Source: an uncultured Candidatus Saccharibacteria bacterium
GTDB lineage: Bacteria > Patescibacteriota > Minisyncoccia > Phycocordibacterales > Phycocordibacteraceae
Length of the DNA: 64,000 nt
Direction of reading: 5' to 3'
Assembly (NCBI GenBank): GCA_964507275.1
Contig: CAZDPG010000001.1
Span: forward strand, 340,577-404,576
Shown: piece after piece, positions 46,027-56,234 of the stretch
How the letters are laid out: each line of letters begins with the position of its first letter
Position numbering within the stretch: position 1 is the first letter of the stretch
Notes under the pieces: generated by a model
What the model was told of the DNA's origin: nothing
The model's input: the letters and a program-made list of their open reading frames with translations, nothing else
Databases searched by the model: none
Made by a program: the position numbers and the translations under genes

Positions 46027-47823
46027 TTATGCGTCGTTCTGCACCATCTTCATGAAGACCTCTTCCGGGATGTTGACCTTCCCTGTCCCCCGCTCGAGCA
46101 TCTTCTTCTTCCCTCGCTTTTGCTTATCGAGAAGTTTGTTCTTGCGCGACACGTCGCCGCCATAGAGATAGCCCGTAACATCTTTACGCATCGCGGAAAG
46201 CGTCTTTGATGCGATGATGCGTCCTTGTGCGCGTGCCTGAATCTTCGTGACGAAAAGCTGCTTCGGCAGGGTCGCATGTAACTTCTCGACCATCTTCTCG
46301 GCCTCTTCTTGGATCCGACGACGGGCGACCACACGGGCGAACGCTGGCACTGGTTCTTCGGCGACCAATATATCGAGCCGCACCACGTCAGCCGGACGTT
46401 CCGGCAGAATCTCATACGAGAGCGACGCGTATCCTGAAGAGATATTCTTGAGAGTGTCGAAGAAGCCACGCATGAGCTCACGAAGCGGCATCTCGACGAT
46501 CATTTCGACACGGCCATCCTCATACGTCTCCGTGCTCTGTGTCTGCGCTTCATGCTCATACAGGAGCTGGATGAGCGCTGAGAGCGAATCTGGCGGGATG
46601 ATGATGGTAACTTTCGCCCACGGCTCTTCGATGAGCGTGATCAAACCGAACTCAGGAAACTTCGCTGGCGTGTATACGACCTCTCGGACCCCGCTCGTAT
46701 TCGTCACGGCATAGGAGATCGTCGGAATCGTGACGATGAGCGCGAGACCGAACTCCCGGCGTAAGCGTTCCGTGACAATCTCCAGATGCAGGAGGCCGAG
46801 GAACCCACAGCGGAATCCTCTGCCAAGCACGCCTGACGACTCCTCTTCGAAAGAGAGCGATGAATCGGAGAGCCGCAACCGCTCGAGCGATTGACGCAGG
46901 AGCGGGAGGTCATCCTGACTCTCCGGGTAGATTGATGCCCAGACGACAGGACGCGGGCGCTCATAATCCTCCAGGGCCGGGAGTGTGCCCTTCACCGCGC
47001 CTATGGTATCGCCCACCGCGACGACGCCCGGCTCTTTGATACCCGTCACGATATACCCTATTTCGCCGGCAGAGAGAGAATCGGCAGGAGTCTCTTCTGG
47101 CGTGAAGATACCGGTCTCAAGCGCGATGAATTCTTTTCCGGCAGCGCGGAAAACGAGTGGCTGGCCTTTCTTAAAAGTGCCATCGAAAACACGTAGATAC
47201 ACTGCAACGCCGCGATGCTTGGAATATGAGAAATCGAAGACGAGTCCGCGTGGTTCGTCGCCAGCGACCGGCGATGAATCATGTGGCGGCGGGATGCGCT
47301 CTATGATTGCGGCAAGCAGCTCTTCAACGCCTGCGCCCGTCTTCCCTGATACAGCAATCACCTGGTCCTTCGAGACGTTGATGAGCTTTGCGAGTTCGTT
47401 TGAGACGACATCGACGCGCGCGGCAGGAGAATCAATCTTCGAGACGACCGGGATGATGACGCACCCCTGGGCCTGCGCCATCGCGAGCGTAGTAAGCGTC
47501 TGCGCCTGTACCCCCTGCGTTGAATCCACCAAGAGGAGCACTCCTTCGACCGCCTTCAGCGCACGCGAAACTTCGTACGAGAAATCGATATGTCCGGGCG
47601 TATCGATGAGGTTCAGCGTGTAGTCGCCATAGCGCATACGGACCGGCTGCATCTTGATAGTGATGCCGCGCTCACGCTCGAGATCCATACGATCAAGCAC
47701 CTGATCGCGCATCTTGCGCTCAGGGATCGCACCGGTTCGCTCGAGCAGGCGATCAGCAAGCGTCGACTTGCCATGGTCGACGTGCGCGATGATAGAAAAA
47801 TTTCGGATATCCTTTTGGTTCAC
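46027..47823 (-). CDS. lepA: elongation factor 4 (LepA)
   Basis: IRNFSIIAHVDHGKSTLADRLL, DTPGHIDF and the LepA-specific C-terminal domain. Confidence 0.95.
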   Translation of the reverse strand: MNQKDIRNFSIIAHVDHGKSTLADRLLERTGAIPERKMRDQVLDRMDLERERGITIKMQPVRMRYGDYTLNLIDTPGHIDFSYEVSRALKAVEGVLLLVDSTQGVQAQTLTTLAMAQAQGCVIIPVVSKIDSPAARVDVVSNELAKLINVSKDQVIAVSGKTGAGVEELLAAIIERIPPPHDSSPVAGDEPRGLVFDFSYSKHRGVAVYLRVFDGTFKKGQPLVFRAAGKEFIALETGIFTPEETPADSLSAGEIGYIVTGIKEPGVVAVGDTIGAVKGTLPALEDYERPRPVVWASIYPESQDDLPLLRQSLERLRLSDSSLSFEEESSGVLGRGFRCGFLGLLHLEIVTERLRREFGLALIVTIPTISYAVTNTSGVREVVYTPAKFPEFGLITLIEEPWAKVTIIIPPDSLSALIQLLYEHEAQTQSTETYEDGRVEMIVEMPLRELMRGFFDTLKNISSGYASLSYEILPERPADVVRLDILVAEEPVPAFARVVARRRIQEEAEKMVEKLHATLPKQLFVTKIQARAQGRIIASKTLSAMRKDVTGYLYGGDVSRKNKLLDKQKRGKKKMLERGTGKVNIPEEVFMKMVQNDA

Positions 47824-49526
47824 GGTTGAGTTGGTTCTTCGGCAGAAGGAGGAAGTGCTGTGGACTGCTCTTCCGGAGATCTGATGAGCCGGAGGAGCGC
47901 GTTCGTCACAATGCGGAATTCCTCATTCTCGACGAGGAAAAGCGCACACGCAGCAGCCGCAAGACCTACGATACCAGCGATGAGGCCTTGTGTGAAGACG
48001 GCCGCAAGCGTCGTGAGTGGCGCGATGCCACCCTCGAATGCGAGGACAGCATACGCAGCAATCCCCCCAGCAACTGCGGCGAGAAAACCATCGGCGAGCG
48101 ACCGCGTGAGCATACGTCCCAGACCTGGTGCAACGCTCCGGAGGGCGAGCAAGGAAAGAAGCGCAAGAAATACTTGCCCGAGCGTCACCGCAAGCGCGAG
48201 CAGTAATATCTCCGTCCCAGGAATATCTGCCACCTTGAGGAGCGAGGAGAGCGATGCGAGCAAGCCATCGCTCGGCATTGCCAAGAATGTCATGGCGAGA
48301 AGCACCGTCAATACGCCACCGAGAATCTGATACACAAGCGGGCGCCATGATTGTCGTGCTGCATAGAGCGCACGAGAGAACAGAAGAACGATTCCTTGTG
48401 CGACGAGGCCAACCGCAAGGAGTGCGAGAAGCGCCGCTGTGAGGCGTGTCGCGTTCCAGTCGAATGCACCCGTTCCGAGGACGACACGCACGAGATGAGC
48501 GCGCAGCACCGCGATGAGTCCGAGCGACACTATCGACCAGAGGATGATGTGCCGCGCGCTGGCAGAAAGAATACGCGTGAACTCTTCCTTCTTTTCGAGA
48601 GCCGATGCTTCGGAAAGTGCAGGGAACGCTGCAACGGCATACGAAGAGCCGATGAGAGCGAGTGGGACTGTTTCGAGATTGCTTGCGAACGTGAAGACGG
48701 ACACCGATCCGGTACCGATCCGAGATGCCATCGCCGTGAGGACAAGCGCTGTGACCGAGCCGACGCCAAGCGCGAGTGAGCGCGGGATGGAATCGCGAAC
48801 AATCGAAGACATCAGACTCATGCTTGGGAGACGGAAGCGTGGTAAGACGTCTGCGGCGACCACAACCGGGATATTTACCGCGAGATACGCGATGGCACCG
48901 AGAATGACACCAATCCCAATCCCAGGCAGGCCCCAGAGCGGGTAGAGCACGACCGCCCCCACAATGATTCCCAGGTTATAGAGAACCGGCGAGATCGCAA
49001 AGAGCAAGAAGCGGCGATGCACTTGCGTCACGCTCCCAAGCACACCTGATAGACCGAGCAATATAGGCTGGAACAGGAGCATCCGCGCGAGCAGTACGAA
49101 CTCGGCGTAGTGCGGCGACGTCGCGAAGCTCGGGTAGAGAAACTCGAGGAACTGCGGCATGAAGAAACCGAGGATGATACAAAAGACCCCGCCGACCACG
49201 AACAGGAACGTTGCCGATTCGGAAAGGATCCGACGCGTCATATCCCTATCCATGCCCGTTATACGCGGTATGAGCACGTATGCGCTCACGAGTGAGGACA
49301 CTAGCGCAAATACGAGATCTGGCACGCGAAACGCGGCATAATACAAGTCGAGTTCTTGCCCGGCACCGAACGTATGGGCGAAGGTCCTATCGCGTAGGAG
49401 CGCGAGTACCTGTGAAGCGAGCGTAAGCGCAGCGAGTAGGTACGCCGCTTGATGAAGACTACGTATAGGCCGCATAACAAGCCCGCGTACCGGTGCAGCG
49501 ATACGCTCGAAAATCTGCCGAATCAT
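47820..49526 (-). CDS. murJ: lipid II flippase MurJ
   Basis: About 14 TM helices with MurJ/MviN N-terminal signature ...ASQVLALLRDRTFAHTFGAG..LDLYYAAFRVPD. Start ambiguous (49475-49553); the upstream hairpin suggests one of the internal Met codons. Confidence 0.75.
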   Translation of the reverse strand: MIRQIFERIAAPVRGLVMRPIRSLHQAAYLLAALTLASQVLALLRDRTFAHTFGAGQELDLYYAAFRVPDLVFALVSSLVSAYVLIPRITGMDRDMTRRILSESATFLFVVGGVFCIILGFFMPQFLEFLYPSFATSPHYAEFVLLARMLLFQPILLGLSGVLGSVTQVHRRFLLFAISPVLYNLGIIVGAVVLYPLWGLPGIGIGVILGAIAYLAVNIPVVVAADVLPRFRLPSMSLMSSIVRDSIPRSLALGVGSVTALVLTAMASRIGTGSVSVFTFASNLETVPLALIGSSYAVAAFPALSEASALEKKEEFTRILSASARHIILWSIVSLGLIAVLRAHLVRVVLGTGAFDWNATRLTAALLALLAVGLVAQGIVLLFSRALYAARQSWRPLVYQILGGVLTVLLAMTFLAMPSDGLLASLSSLLKVADIPGTEILLLALAVTLGQVFLALLSLLALRSVAPGLGRMLTRSLADGFLAAVAGGIAAYAVLAFEGGIAPLTTLAAVFTQGLIAGIVGLAAAACALFLVENEEFRIVTNALLRLIRSPEEQSTALPPSAEEPTQP

Positions 49527-49551
49527 GTCTTCTATAATACTCCGAAGCGGC

Positions 49552-49592
49552 AAAAAGAGGCACCCTCGCTTTACGAGGGTGCCTCTTTTTCT
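49552..49592 (-). terminator. hairpin terminator (aaaagaggcaccctcg...cgagggtgcctcttttt)
   Basis: Perfect 16 bp stem with T-runs on both sides, just downstream of the stop of the 49603-52059 gene. Confidence 0.6.
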
Positions 49593-49602
49593 TCTGGATC
49601 TA

Positions 49603-52059
49603 TTACTTTACCGGTGCTGGGGTGACCGAGAGGAGATTCGCCGGGAACGGGTTCCTACCTTCTTTGAGGGCGGAGAGTTGAGAAGCGACAGCCTCAGCGT
49701 TCTCGGCCGACATGCCTGCTATCGCCTGCATTTCCTCAAGCGCACCCTTCAGATTCCCCTGCTTTGCGTACACAGCCGAGAGGAAGTATCGAGCATTTGC
49801 GAACTGTGAGTTTGCCGCAATAGCTGCCGAGAGAGCTGCGACTGCACCTGGGTAGTCCCCTGACGCGGCGCTCAGGATACCGACCTGGAAGAGGATGTTC
49901 GGATCGTTCGGCGTGAAGTACGCAGCCGCAAGAGCTGAAGCGAGTGCATCTTTCACATTCCCATCCTGTACCTCAAGTTGCGACAGGAGGAAGATTGCGG
50001 CCGTGTAGTCCTGCTTGAGCGCGATTGCGGCCTTCAGATCTTCCTGCGCAGCTTTCGTATTCTTATTTGCGATGTTGAGCTGAGCGAGGATATATGGAAT
50101 CTGCGGATTCGAAGGATTCAATTCCTGCGCCTTCTGGTATGCCGTCTTGGCACTGTCATAGGCACCTGAGACACCAAGCGGTACCGCTTGCGCGTAGAGG
50201 TTTCCAAGTAGGATCCAGCTCTGGTAGTCAGAGGCATTGAGGCTCGTCGCCGTCAGGGCGGCGTTTATACCGGCAGAAAGCGCTGCTTGGTATTCGCGCT
50301 GTGCTACGGTCTTGTCGATCGTCGTCGACGCCATAATGACGCCGAGCCGAGCAGCAGCGATGTTCGCCTGCATCTGGTACGCAGCGACTGATGGCGCGAA
50401 GGATATCGCATTTTGCGCTTTGAGCTCTGCTGTATCGAGATCGCCCACAGAAAGCGCTGCGGCGGCGTTTGCCGACTGAGCGGCAGCGATGTATCGCTCA
50501 ACGAGCGAGTACGCGGCAACGACTGATGACAGCAAGAGAATAGTGAGCGAGAACACGATAATGAAGCCCAAGCGAGGACTCCGTGCAAACATGACTCCCC
50601 ACTGTCGACCATCAAGAGCGAAGCGCGTCGTCGACACAAAGAGACCCGCGAAGACGAATGCCAGCGTGAGAATGACCGTACCTGGCAGATCGAACAGTGC
50701 AAGCGCGAAGAGGTAGAGCGAGCCGACGAATGACACTATCGCGACATAGCGGACGTATACATCCTGCGGTGTGCGGAGTATGAGCGTCCGGAGACCAAGC
50801 GCGATGAAGAGCACCATGAATGCGAGCCATGCAACGACGCCTATGATACCCGTCGTCACGAACGATGTCGGTATGAAGCCGATACCGGAAGAGAAATCAA
50901 CATTCCAGAAGACGGTCGAGTTAAGCGACGCGTCACGATACTTCAACCATTCGACACCGAATGTACTCGGACCCGAGCCGAACACAGGGGCCGTACTGAA
51001 GGTCTTCTCTGCAACCGCAAACGTCGACTGCCATGAAGGACGGATATTGAGCACATCTACATTGAGAGAGCTCGCGAGTGCCCCGCCGAGCTGACCGCCG
51101 ATGAGGAAGAAGAGCGAGATTGCGAGCACGCCAAGAGGAAGGACGAGCGAATGATTCCCCTCGCTCTCACCGACCGGCGCCTCTTCGCTCAAAAGGACCG
51201 CTTCATCGAGGTCACCATCGGAAGACTTCGACCCGCGGCGCATCACGGCCTCCACGAAAAGACCGAGCGATACGAGCGCAACCAATATCCACACGAGCGA
51301 GGAGTTTGCGACAGCAAGGAGGAAGAGTGACACAACACCCATCGCAATGAGTGCGCGATTCGCGCGAGACGGAAGCTCGACGAACCTGAGCGTGATGAGT
51401 ATAGCGATGACGCCGAGGCCGAGGAGCGAAGCGAGGTCATTGAAAGACCCAATGAACGAGAATGACGGAGAGACTGTCTGAGGAGAGAACTGCCCAACGA
51501 TGATGACAAGTGCCTCGAGGAAAGCCACTGCGGCAAACGTGTATGCCCCAACACGCATGAATGATCGGTAATGATCAGGACGGCGTAGTACGAGCGCGCC
51601 GAGCGTACCGAGACATGCCGCGATGAGCATGAAGCCGAGCGTATCTGGCTCGAGCGCCGTACCCCAGAGAGCATTGGAGAACGATACTCCAGAGAATGCG
51701 GCGGAGAGTACATAGGCCGCGACCGGTAGCCAGAGGACGCCAATAAGAAGTGATGACGGGAAGATGACATTCCCCCGCGTAAGCCGCGCGAGAATATAGA
51801 GAGCGAGCGTGATAAGCGCACCAGCGGCAAGCACGAACGTCTTCGTCGTTGTGAACGGAATCGATGCAAACGGTGTGATAACGAACAATGCAGCGATGAC
51901 GGTTACGAAGAGCGCCCAGGTACTTACGGTATCAAGTGAACGACGTTGCGAAATACTGACTGACTGTTGCGGAGGCATGATGAATGGTATTGATGCTATT
52001 CGGTAGTAATGCCTTTTAGTATACCTCGCGCTCCGCTTGTCACCGAAAGCCATCCACAA
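49603..52059 (-). CDS. large polytopic membrane protein with O-antigen-ligase-like (Wzy_C-type) core and C-terminal TPR repeats
   Basis: About 12 or more TM helices, then about 250 aa of TPR-like Ala-rich repeats (AYQKAQELNPSNPQ...). The true start may be MPPQQ at 51978. Confidence 0.45.
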   Translation of the reverse strand: MWMAFGDKRSARYTKRHYYRIASIPFIMPPQQSVSISQRRSLDTVSTWALFVTVIAALFVITPFASIPFTTTKTFVLAAGALITLALYILARLTRGNVIFPSSLLIGVLWLPVAAYVLSAAFSGVSFSNALWGTALEPDTLGFMLIAACLGTLGALVLRRPDHYRSFMRVGAYTFAAVAFLEALVIIVGQFSPQTVSPSFSFIGSFNDLASLLGLGVIAILITLRFVELPSRANRALIAMGVVSLFLLAVANSSLVWILVALVSLGLFVEAVMRRGSKSSDGDLDEAVLLSEEAPVGESEGNHSLVLPLGVLAISLFFLIGGQLGGALASSLNVDVLNIRPSWQSTFAVAEKTFSTAPVFGSGPSTFGVEWLKYRDASLNSTVFWNVDFSSGIGFIPTSFVTTGIIGVVAWLAFMVLFIALGLRTLILRTPQDVYVRYVAIVSFVGSLYLFALALFDLPGTVILTLAFVFAGLFVSTTRFALDGRQWGVMFARSPRLGFIIVFSLTILLLSSVVAAYSLVERYIAAAQSANAAAALSVGDLDTAELKAQNAISFAPSVAAYQMQANIAAARLGVIMASTTIDKTVAQREYQAALSAGINAALTATSLNASDYQSWILLGNLYAQAVPLGVSGAYDSAKTAYQKAQELNPSNPQIPYILAQLNIANKNTKAAQEDLKAAIALKQDYTAAIFLLSQLEVQDGNVKDALASALAAAYFTPNDPNILFQVGILSAASGDYPGAVAALSAAIAANSQFANARYFLSAVYAKQGNLKGALEEMQAIAGMSAENAEAVASQLSALKEGRNPFPANLLSVTPAPVK

Positions 52060-52089
52060 TACCCATCACATAAAAATGTGGTATAGTCT

Positions 52090-52432
52090 GTGGGGACCAA
52101 GCTAGACGATCGCTCGATTAAGTCATTCGATCCAATCGGGAGGAAAGTCCGAACATGCTTCCCTGGCTTCGGTCGGAGAAACAATAGGTAGCGGGTAACG
52201 CCCGTCGTCCGCAAGGATAGAGGTGACCACAGAAACGCCAACGCCGAAAGGCTGCGGATCCCCTCGCGGGATACGCCCATCGCGAGATGGGAATGCAACG
52301 AACAAATCCTTACCCGCATGCAAGGCCGTGCTCCGCTTCGGTGGAGAGTGCCGCTCGAGCCTGCAAGCAATTGCGAGCCCAGATAAATGATCGTCCACGA
52401 CAGAATTCGGCTTATCGGCTTGGTCTACAATA
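52090..52432 (+). ncRNA. rnpB: RNase P RNA, bacterial type A
   Basis: Conserved blocks readable against E. coli M1 RNA: GGGAGGAAAGTCCG (CR-I), GGGTAACGCCCG, ACAGAAACGCC, and AGATAAATGATCGTCCACGACAGAATTCGGCTTATCGG (CR-IV/V). The 5' CCAAGC pairs with the 3' GCTTGG (P1). Confidence 0.8.
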
Positions 52433-52474
52433 ATGAGAAAACCCACGCTCCTGCTGTGGGTTTTCTCATTTGAG
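52432..52474. terminator. bidirectional terminator (aatgagaaaacccac...gtgggttttctcatt)
   Basis: Perfect 15 bp inverted repeat, between the rnpB 3' end and the stop of nrdJ. Confidence 0.65.
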
Positions 52475-52496
52475 GCCTCGTAGGAAACTCTCCTAC

Positions 52497-54923
52497 CTAC
52501 ATGATATCGCAGACACCGGCGGCACAGGCCAACTCCCGCTTCATATCCGACTCATCCTGCCGCTCGTACGCTGTAAGCTTGGAGTAATCAACTTTCGGGA
52601 AACGGGACATGCGTGCCTCATATTCTTCCTTCGTGATTGTTTCATACGGTGCAAGACGGTACACATGATTACTTCGTGGAAGGAACGAGAGTCCGCCGAT
52701 GATATTCCAGTTCCTTTGAATCCAGTCGACGACACTAATCCACTCGTCTTCGGAGACCGAGATGGTCGCGGACGGGTTGTGCTCGGTGTAATTGAGCTTC
52801 ACGAGCTTCCAGTACTCGAGCTGGTCAAGCGCGGTGAGGTCGTCCTTGAATCGCGCTTCCTTCGAATGATCAGGCGCTTTGACAGGAAATTCGAGCACAT
52901 AGGTGTTCGCTTCTTCCATCGACTGCCCAACTTCCGGATAGTATGGGACGCCTTGGTCACGCATGAGCTTGAAGAGCGAATCGGTCGCACTGATGCGCAC
53001 GCGACGGATGTAGTACGGGGCATGGCGCGGATGGATGCCTGACGCGCAATCAAATGTCTGAGAGACGGTTCCCGATGGCTTCACTGCGGTGACCGCCATC
53101 GAGCGCTCCACACCAAAACGCTTCGCATAAGTGGCGTTCGTCTTCACGGCAGCATCACGGACCTTGCGCATCACTTCTGGACGGCGCGCGACAGGACTAT
53201 CCCACTGCCCTGTCACCGACACACCAAGCAGGCGCTCCGCCGCGCAGTGGTCGACCCAATCTTTCGATATGTAACCGAATTTCGTAAGCGTCGACTGATA
53301 GGTGCCGAGTATCGCCGCGAGACGTGCCTTGCGCAGAAGCGAAGCTTCGGTGTCATTGGCACGTGCGATGACCTCGGAAAGATTACAGAACTGCTTGGAT
53401 TGCAGGATGATTTCGGCGCACGGATTCGTACCGATGGAGCCGCGTACGACACCGTCTTCGCCGATGAAGCCGACCGCTTTGAAATAGTCCTTGCGACGCT
53501 TCGGAAACGTCTCGGCAAGCGCACCGCGATTGAATATGCCGCGTTCGCCGCTTCCGCTCTTCATGAGCGCGACCCACTCGTCCATAAGTTCGGCATTCGT
53601 CGGCTGTGCCTCATAGACGGCTGAGTTATTCGCCACAGAACGATGAGGATCAGTCATATAGAACTGTCCTTTCTTCGCATCGCGCATCTCAACGTCATCG
53701 AGATCGGAAAGCGAAATCATCGCAGTACGCCGCACGCCGCCAGCGACGACACACTCGCCGATCTTGCAGATGATGTCGTGCACGTCGATCGCGCGCAAAC
53801 GGCGTCCTGCACGAGACAAGATGCGCTCACGAGCAAAAGCAAGGAGCGAACGGAGCGGCTCTGGACCGGAGGCCTTTCCGCCCATCGTCTTCAATCGCGC
53901 GCCTGCCGGACGGATCTGGGAATAATCAAACGTAATGTCCTTGCCGGCATACCAAGTCTTCACGCCGAGAGTGAGGGCATCGCACCATCCCTCCTTCGAA
54001 TCGCCGATGACATGTGTCGTTGCCTTCTGTCCTGCCTGCTTCATGATCTGCGGGAACTGCTCGACATTCTGACTCTCCACTGCGAACCCGACACCGCACC
54101 CCTGCATCGAGAGGTACATAATCTCAGCGAAGTCCTCGAGTTTCGTCGGTGCCGTGAACGTACAGTTATACGCACACGTATTGCAGCGGCGTGCCGCTTC
54201 GCCAGCGAACTGCATGAGACGCATCGACGGCATCACTTCCTGCTTCAGAATTCCCATACGCACCTCGGCATACTCCTTCTCAGTAAGTTTCGTACCGAGA
54301 TTTTCGCGCATGAAACTCATATAACGATCAACTGTCTCGACCCATGTCTCGCGGCGACCCTCTTCCGGAATCCATTTCGCATAGGTACGCAAATATACGA
54401 ACTCACCGAGCACATTGCTGTCGAAATACTTCCTGCTTTCTTCCGCGAGCTTCCGCACATGTTCAGGGACTTCGACATGCGCCGCACGGAGCTGTGCTCG
54501 CTTATCACGATAGAGGATGTACGCTTTCGCCGTCTTCACGTAATCGTTCAGGATGAGGTATTTCTCGATAGAATCCTGCATACCTTCAACGGTCGGAAGG
54601 AAACTCTTGTACTTCTTGGAGAATCTTCCGAGTTCGCCCGCAACCTGATGGGCCACAAGTACCGCATCTTCCTGACTTCCTTCTTCTGCCGCCATCATCG
54701 CCTTCCACACCGCAGTGACGATCTTATCGAAATCGAATTGGACGAGTCTGCCGTCGCGTTTCTCGATCTGAGGAATCATCTCACGATACCGGCGAGTCTC
54801 TTTCGAGATCGGCTGTTCGACCGTCACGGCGACACTCGGTGCAGAGGTCTTCGTGCGAACAGAAACTTTTGCGACTTTTGACATGGACGGATCGATTAGG
54901 TGGGTATCAATAAATAATTTCAC
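52497..54923 (-). CDS. nrdJ: class II (adenosylcobalamin-dependent) ribonucleotide reductase NrdJ with N-terminal ATP-cone
   Basis: ATP-cone (VQFDFDKIVTAVWKA), active-site GTNPCAEI...CNLSEV, C-terminal Cys pair. Confidence 0.8.
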   Translation of the reverse strand: MKLFIDTHLIDPSMSKVAKVSVRTKTSAPSVAVTVEQPISKETRRYREMIPQIEKRDGRLVQFDFDKIVTAVWKAMMAAEEGSQEDAVLVAHQVAGELGRFSKKYKSFLPTVEGMQDSIEKYLILNDYVKTAKAYILYRDKRAQLRAAHVEVPEHVRKLAEESRKYFDSNVLGEFVYLRTYAKWIPEEGRRETWVETVDRYMSFMRENLGTKLTEKEYAEVRMGILKQEVMPSMRLMQFAGEAARRCNTCAYNCTFTAPTKLEDFAEIMYLSMQGCGVGFAVESQNVEQFPQIMKQAGQKATTHVIGDSKEGWCDALTLGVKTWYAGKDITFDYSQIRPAGARLKTMGGKASGPEPLRSLLAFARERILSRAGRRLRAIDVHDIICKIGECVVAGGVRRTAMISLSDLDDVEMRDAKKGQFYMTDPHRSVANNSAVYEAQPTNAELMDEWVALMKSGSGERGIFNRGALAETFPKRRKDYFKAVGFIGEDGVVRGSIGTNPCAEIILQSKQFCNLSEVIARANDTEASLLRKARLAAILGTYQSTLTKFGYISKDWVDHCAAERLLGVSVTGQWDSPVARRPEVMRKVRDAAVKTNATYAKRFGVERSMAVTAVKPSGTVSQTFDCASGIHPRHAPYYIRRVRISATDSLFKLMRDQGVPYYPEVGQSMEEANTYVLEFPVKAPDHSKEARFKDDLTALDQLEYWKLVKLNYTEHNPSATISVSEDEWISVVDWIQRNWNIIGGLSFLPRSNHVYRLAPYETITKEEYEARMSRFPKVDYSKLTAYERQDESDMKRELACAAGVCDIM

Positions 54924-54974
54924 TTCTTACCCTCAAGTTTACTCCTCCTCTCGGTAAACGCCATGTGGATAGGA

Positions 54975-55436
54975 TTACTTCAAAACGGTTGAGAGATTTT
55001 TCAATGAAAGCGGGGTGCCGGTCGCTATCCCGTGCTCATCGGCGAACCCCGCCATGGTCTCTAGGACATATCGCGCAGGCTCTGTCGGATAAAAGACACG
55101 CGGGTACGACGAGGTCGCGACCCAGGTCGCCATCGAGACGACCTGTCCTTTATCATCGAGCCAGAATATGTCGATTGGGACGAGCATATCCTTCATCCAG
55201 AAGCCATAAAGGCCATCTTCTTGGAAAGGGAAAAGCATCCCATAACCATCAGGAACGCTCGTGCGGCCTCCTAACCCCCGCTCTTGAGCTTCCGCAGTCG
55301 CTGCGGCTTCGACTCTTAAGGACACACTGCCGAAATCTATCCTCTGCAAGGCCGGCGCTTCTGTCTTATAGGCGTAGAGCACCCCGCCGATGACGACACC
55401 AAGGATGAGAATTCCCGCATAGGAATATCGTGTCAT
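54975..55436 (-). CDS. DUF192-family protein
   Basis: GMLFPF...GFWMKDMLVPIDIFWLDDKGQVV matches the DUF192 (COG1430) signature. N-terminal TM anchor. Confidence 0.7.
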   Translation of the reverse strand: MTRYSYAGILILGVVIGGVLYAYKTEAPALQRIDFGSVSLRVEAAATAEAQERGLGGRTSVPDGYGMLFPFQEDGLYGFWMKDMLVPIDIFWLDDKGQVVSMATWVATSSYPRVFYPTEPARYVLETMAGFADEHGIATGTPLSLKNLSTVLK

Positions 55437-55445
55437 ACCGGCATT

Positions 55446-56039
55446 CTACATCTTCCGGAAAATGAAATTCAGATACTCTTTTGACCCAGGTGTGAATGCT
55501 TCAAAATAGACGAGCTCGAACCCATATCCCTGGACCAGGGTTTCAATCTCTTCTTTCGAGTAATAACTGAACAGTCGTGGAAGGTTCATTCCCGAACTCT
55601 GCCGATACAACTCCCCCTCTCCCTCAATAAGACCGAGACCGAGTATGCCTCCTTCATTCAAGATCCTCTTAATCTCTCCCAATGCCATACCAATGTCGGC
55701 CTTCGCTACATGCAGAAGCGAAGTGTATGCCCACACACCATCGAACGATGCGTCAGGGAACGGGAGGTGCATAAAGTCTCCGACGACCGACTCCAACCCA
55801 CGTTCACTCGAGATCCTCACCATCTCCTCTGAGGCATCGAGACAGGCGACGTCTTTCCCTGCCTTTTGCAGGAGTAATCCGTCGCGACCCGGACCACTGC
55901 CGATGTCGAGAATACGCACGCCGCTTGTTGCGATGAATTGATCGAGGAACGTGCGCGGAAACTTCTCCCAAAAGTCAGTTGTTTCCTCGTCATACTCAGC
56001 CGCCAGCTGGTTGTAGGTGTCGATGGTCTTCTGATCCAT
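55446..56039 (-). CDS. class I SAM-dependent methyltransferase
   Basis: Motif I VRILDIGSGPGRDG, motif II DVACLDASEEM. Confidence 0.75.
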   Translation of the reverse strand: MDQKTIDTYNQLAAEYDEETTDFWEKFPRTFLDQFIATSGVRILDIGSGPGRDGLLLQKAGKDVACLDASEEMVRISSERGLESVVGDFMHLPFPDASFDGVWAYTSLLHVAKADIGMALGEIKRILNEGGILGLGLIEGEGELYRQSSGMNLPRLFSYYSKEEIETLVQGYGFELVYFEAFTPGSKEYLNFIFRKM

Positions 56040-56095
56040 TTCCCTAACAATAGCGTATCTTGAGATCTCTGCGATTCTTCTCTTCGTTCAAAATG

Positions 56096-56182
56096 CGGAG
56101 GCGGGGGGATTCGAACTCCCGAGACCCTTTCGAGTCTGCCGCCTTTCCAAGGCGGTGCACTAGACCACTATGCGACGCCTCC
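56096..56182 (-). tRNA. tRNA-Ser (anticodon GGA)
   Basis: Reverse complement: GGAGGCGTCGCATAGTGGTCTAGTGCACCGCCTTGGAAAGGCGG...long variable arm...GAGTTCGAATCCCCCCGCCTCC. Confidence 0.75.
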
Positions 56183-56234
56183 AAGCGTATGACTGTTATA
56201 TCAGAAAAACCTCGTTCTACACAACCAGCAGAAA

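Noticed and set aside
51996-52446. 124 and 107 aa minus-strand ORFs across the RNase P RNA locus
   Set aside because: The region matches conserved RNase P RNA blocks. The ORFs are incidental.
53643-54881. 412 aa plus-strand ORF antisense to nrdJ
   Set aside because: Same reasoning: nrdJ motifs are clear on the minus strand.
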